DNA of 64,000 nt from a virus. Lineage: Duplodnaviria; Caudoviricetes. Made by a program: the position numbers and the translations under genes. The notes under the pieces were generated by a model. It was not told the DNA's origin and did no database searches. It saw only the letters and a list, made by a program, of their open reading frames with translations. The stretch is from the IMG/VR virus record IMGVR_UViG_3300032332_002377; one strand, 5' to 3'. Each line of letters begins with the position of its first letter. Within the stretch, counting starts at the first letter, position 1. Shown piece by piece: positions 62,564 to 64,000 of this stretch.

Positions 62564-64000
62564 ATGGCAAACATACGTCCTTCACAGTCTTACATCAGTG
62601 AAGATCGCGCCAAGCTATTGGTTGAGAAGTGGGGTCCAGTATTGGATTACACATCTGCCAATGTCAAGGCTATCGAAGATGATCATACTCGCCTAAACAC
62701 TGCTATCCTCTTGGAAAACCAAGAGAAGTGGTGCTTTGAAGCTAGCAACGCCGCCGGTGGAACAGGTTCTGTATTTTCCAATGGCACCGTCAATGACGGC
62801 GCTTACGGAAATCAGTTCCCTTCACAGAACGACGCTTCCTATGCTCCAGGTGACTATCGCCTTCCTAAGATCCTCATTCCGATGATTAGACGTACCTTCC
62901 CTGAGTTGATTACTAACGAAATCGTTGGTGTACAGCCCATGAGTGGTCCAGTTGGTCTAGCCTTCGCACTCCGTTACAAATACGAGAGTGATGCTTTAGG
63001 TTATGATGCTGCTGGTACTGGTCTTGACGCTTCACTAACAGCTAACCTTGGTAATCCTCAAAAGAACGCTGACGGAGATGAACTTGGCTACCAGTACCTA
63101 GATACTAGATTCACTGGTACCTCCTCCGGCCAGCTCTCTGGTAATGCTACTTACTTCCCAATGGTTGATCAGGATCAGGGTGTTGCTCAGTTACTCTCGA
63201 ATTTCGAGTTAACAAGCAAGATTCCTCAGATCGTTGTCAGCTTTGAGAAGACAGCAGTAGAAGCCGGTACACGTAGATTAGCTGCTCGCTGGTCTGTAGA
63301 ACTCGAGCAGGACTTGAAGAACATGAACGGTATTGATATCGACACTGAGCTCACAAACGCAATGTCTTATGAGCTACAGGCCGAAATCGATCGTGAAATG
63401 ATCATCAGAATGATTCAGACAGCTCTTAACGGCGGCTATCAGCGCGGTTACTCTGTTTGGTCTCCTGCTTCCGCAGACGGTCGCTGGCTAGTTGAACGTA
63501 ACCGTGACTTCTATCAGAGACTAATCGTTGAGGCTAACCGTATTGCAGTACGCAATCGCCGTGGTTCCGCTAACTTTATCGTTGCGACACCTCGCGTTTG
63601 CGCTATCTTGGAAATGCTCCCTGAATTCCAGTGGGCACCAGTCCAGGGTAATGTAAATACACAGCCCGTCGGTGTAGCTAAGGTTGGTTCACTTGGTGGT
63701 AGGTTCAATGTTTACCGTGACACACGTACAGAAGCTCAGTTTGAGCTTGCTCAAGGTGGAAACTACAGCGGCACTGCGCCTGCTGGTGGATTCGCCTCGA
63801 CACAGTATCGTACTCAGCGTCTAGAATACGCTCTCTTGGGTTACAAGGGACCAGAATTCTATGATACAGGTATCATTTACTGTCCGTACATCCCTGTCAT
63901 GGTACAGAGAACAATTGGACCCAATGATTTCGCTCCCCGTGTTGGTCTCTTGACCCGCTACGGAGTAGTCGATAACATCTTTGGTGCTAACCTCTACTAT
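62564..64000 (+). CDS. major capsid protein (gp23), 3'-truncated by window edge
   Basis: Read from ATG 62564: EKWGPVL, TAILLENQE, LIPMIRRTFP.LI.NEIVGVQPMSGPVGLAFALR, ELEQDLK, EIDRE, YCPYIP, GLLTRYG. Confidence 0.97.
   Translation, partial: MANIRPSQSYISEDRAKLLVEKWGPVLDYTSANVKAIEDDHTRLNTAILLENQEKWCFEASNAAGGTGSVFSNGTVNDGAYGNQFPSQNDASYAPGDYRLPKILIPMIRRTFPELITNEIVGVQPMSGPVGLAFALRYKYESDALGYDAAGTGLDASLTANLGNPQKNADGDELGYQYLDTRFTGTSSGQLSGNATYFPMVDQDQGVAQLLSNFELTSKIPQIVVSFEKTAVEAGTRRLAARWSVELEQDLKNMNGIDIDTELTNAMSYELQAEIDREMIIRMIQTALNGGYQRGYSVWSPASADGRWLVERNRDFYQRLIVEANRIAVRNRRGSANFIVATPRVCAILEMLPEFQWAPVQGNVNTQPVGVAKVGSLGGRFNVYRDTRTEAQFELAQGGNYSGTAPAGGFASTQYRTQRLEYALLGYKGPEFYDTGIIYCPYIPVMVQRTIGPNDFAPRVGLLTRYGVVDNIFGANLYY

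Noticed and set aside
942-63708. Many short ORFs antisense to or nested in long genes (e.g. 7715-8023, 8870-9289, 15325-16229, 21330-21644, 28693-29405, 56436-56753, 63514-63708)
   Set aside because: Fully overlapped by motif-supported genes, with no promoter signature and shadow-ORF composition
1-64000. tRNA genes, CRISPR arrays, IS/transposases
   Set aside because: Intergenic gaps are almost all under 100 nt; no cloverleaf, repeat-spacer array or transposase motif was seen by eye (tRNAscan-SE not run)
1-64000. Alternative genetic code (stop-codon reassignment)
   Set aside because: Core genes are full-length in the standard code, and TAA, TAG and TGA all end genes

Overview
A 64-kb segment of a large, AT-rich T4-like (myovirus) phage genome. 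Positions ~400-25,800 are mostly a minus-strand replication/recombination module: primase, gp45 clamp, gp32, gp59-like, gp41, UvsX, gp43, gp46/47, gp55, UvsW and UvsY. It also carries ribosomal protein bS21, a degenerate DHH protein, QueC, a stand-alone class II glutamine amidotransferase and two glycosyltransferases. Positions ~25,800-38,350 are a mixed-strand accessory zone with FolE, QueD, QueE, PhoH, a P-loop kinase, a RimB-like retropepsin and many late-promoter genes whose N-termini resemble capsid-targeting leaders. One of these late operons is a PD-(D/E)xK nuclease / ligase-like / HIGH-nucleotidyltransferase cluster. Positions 38,385-52,369 are an 18-gene glycan island (GT2, GT15, GT9, GT11, GT90, GT47, GT34-like, methyltransferases, nucleotide-sugar enzymes). 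Then come DUF366, gp62, GroES, a DinG helicase and the head/neck module (gp15, portal, gp13, gp4, gp21, gp67-like, gp22, partial gp23). A striking window-wide pattern: both promoter classes (late TAAATA; sigma70-like TTGAnn-N16-TAnnnT) typically lie only 5-8 nt from the start codon, implying largely leaderless, SD-free mRNAs in a phage that encodes bS21. No tRNA, CRISPR array, intein or transposase was recognised. All calls come from motif recognition by eye, not database searches.
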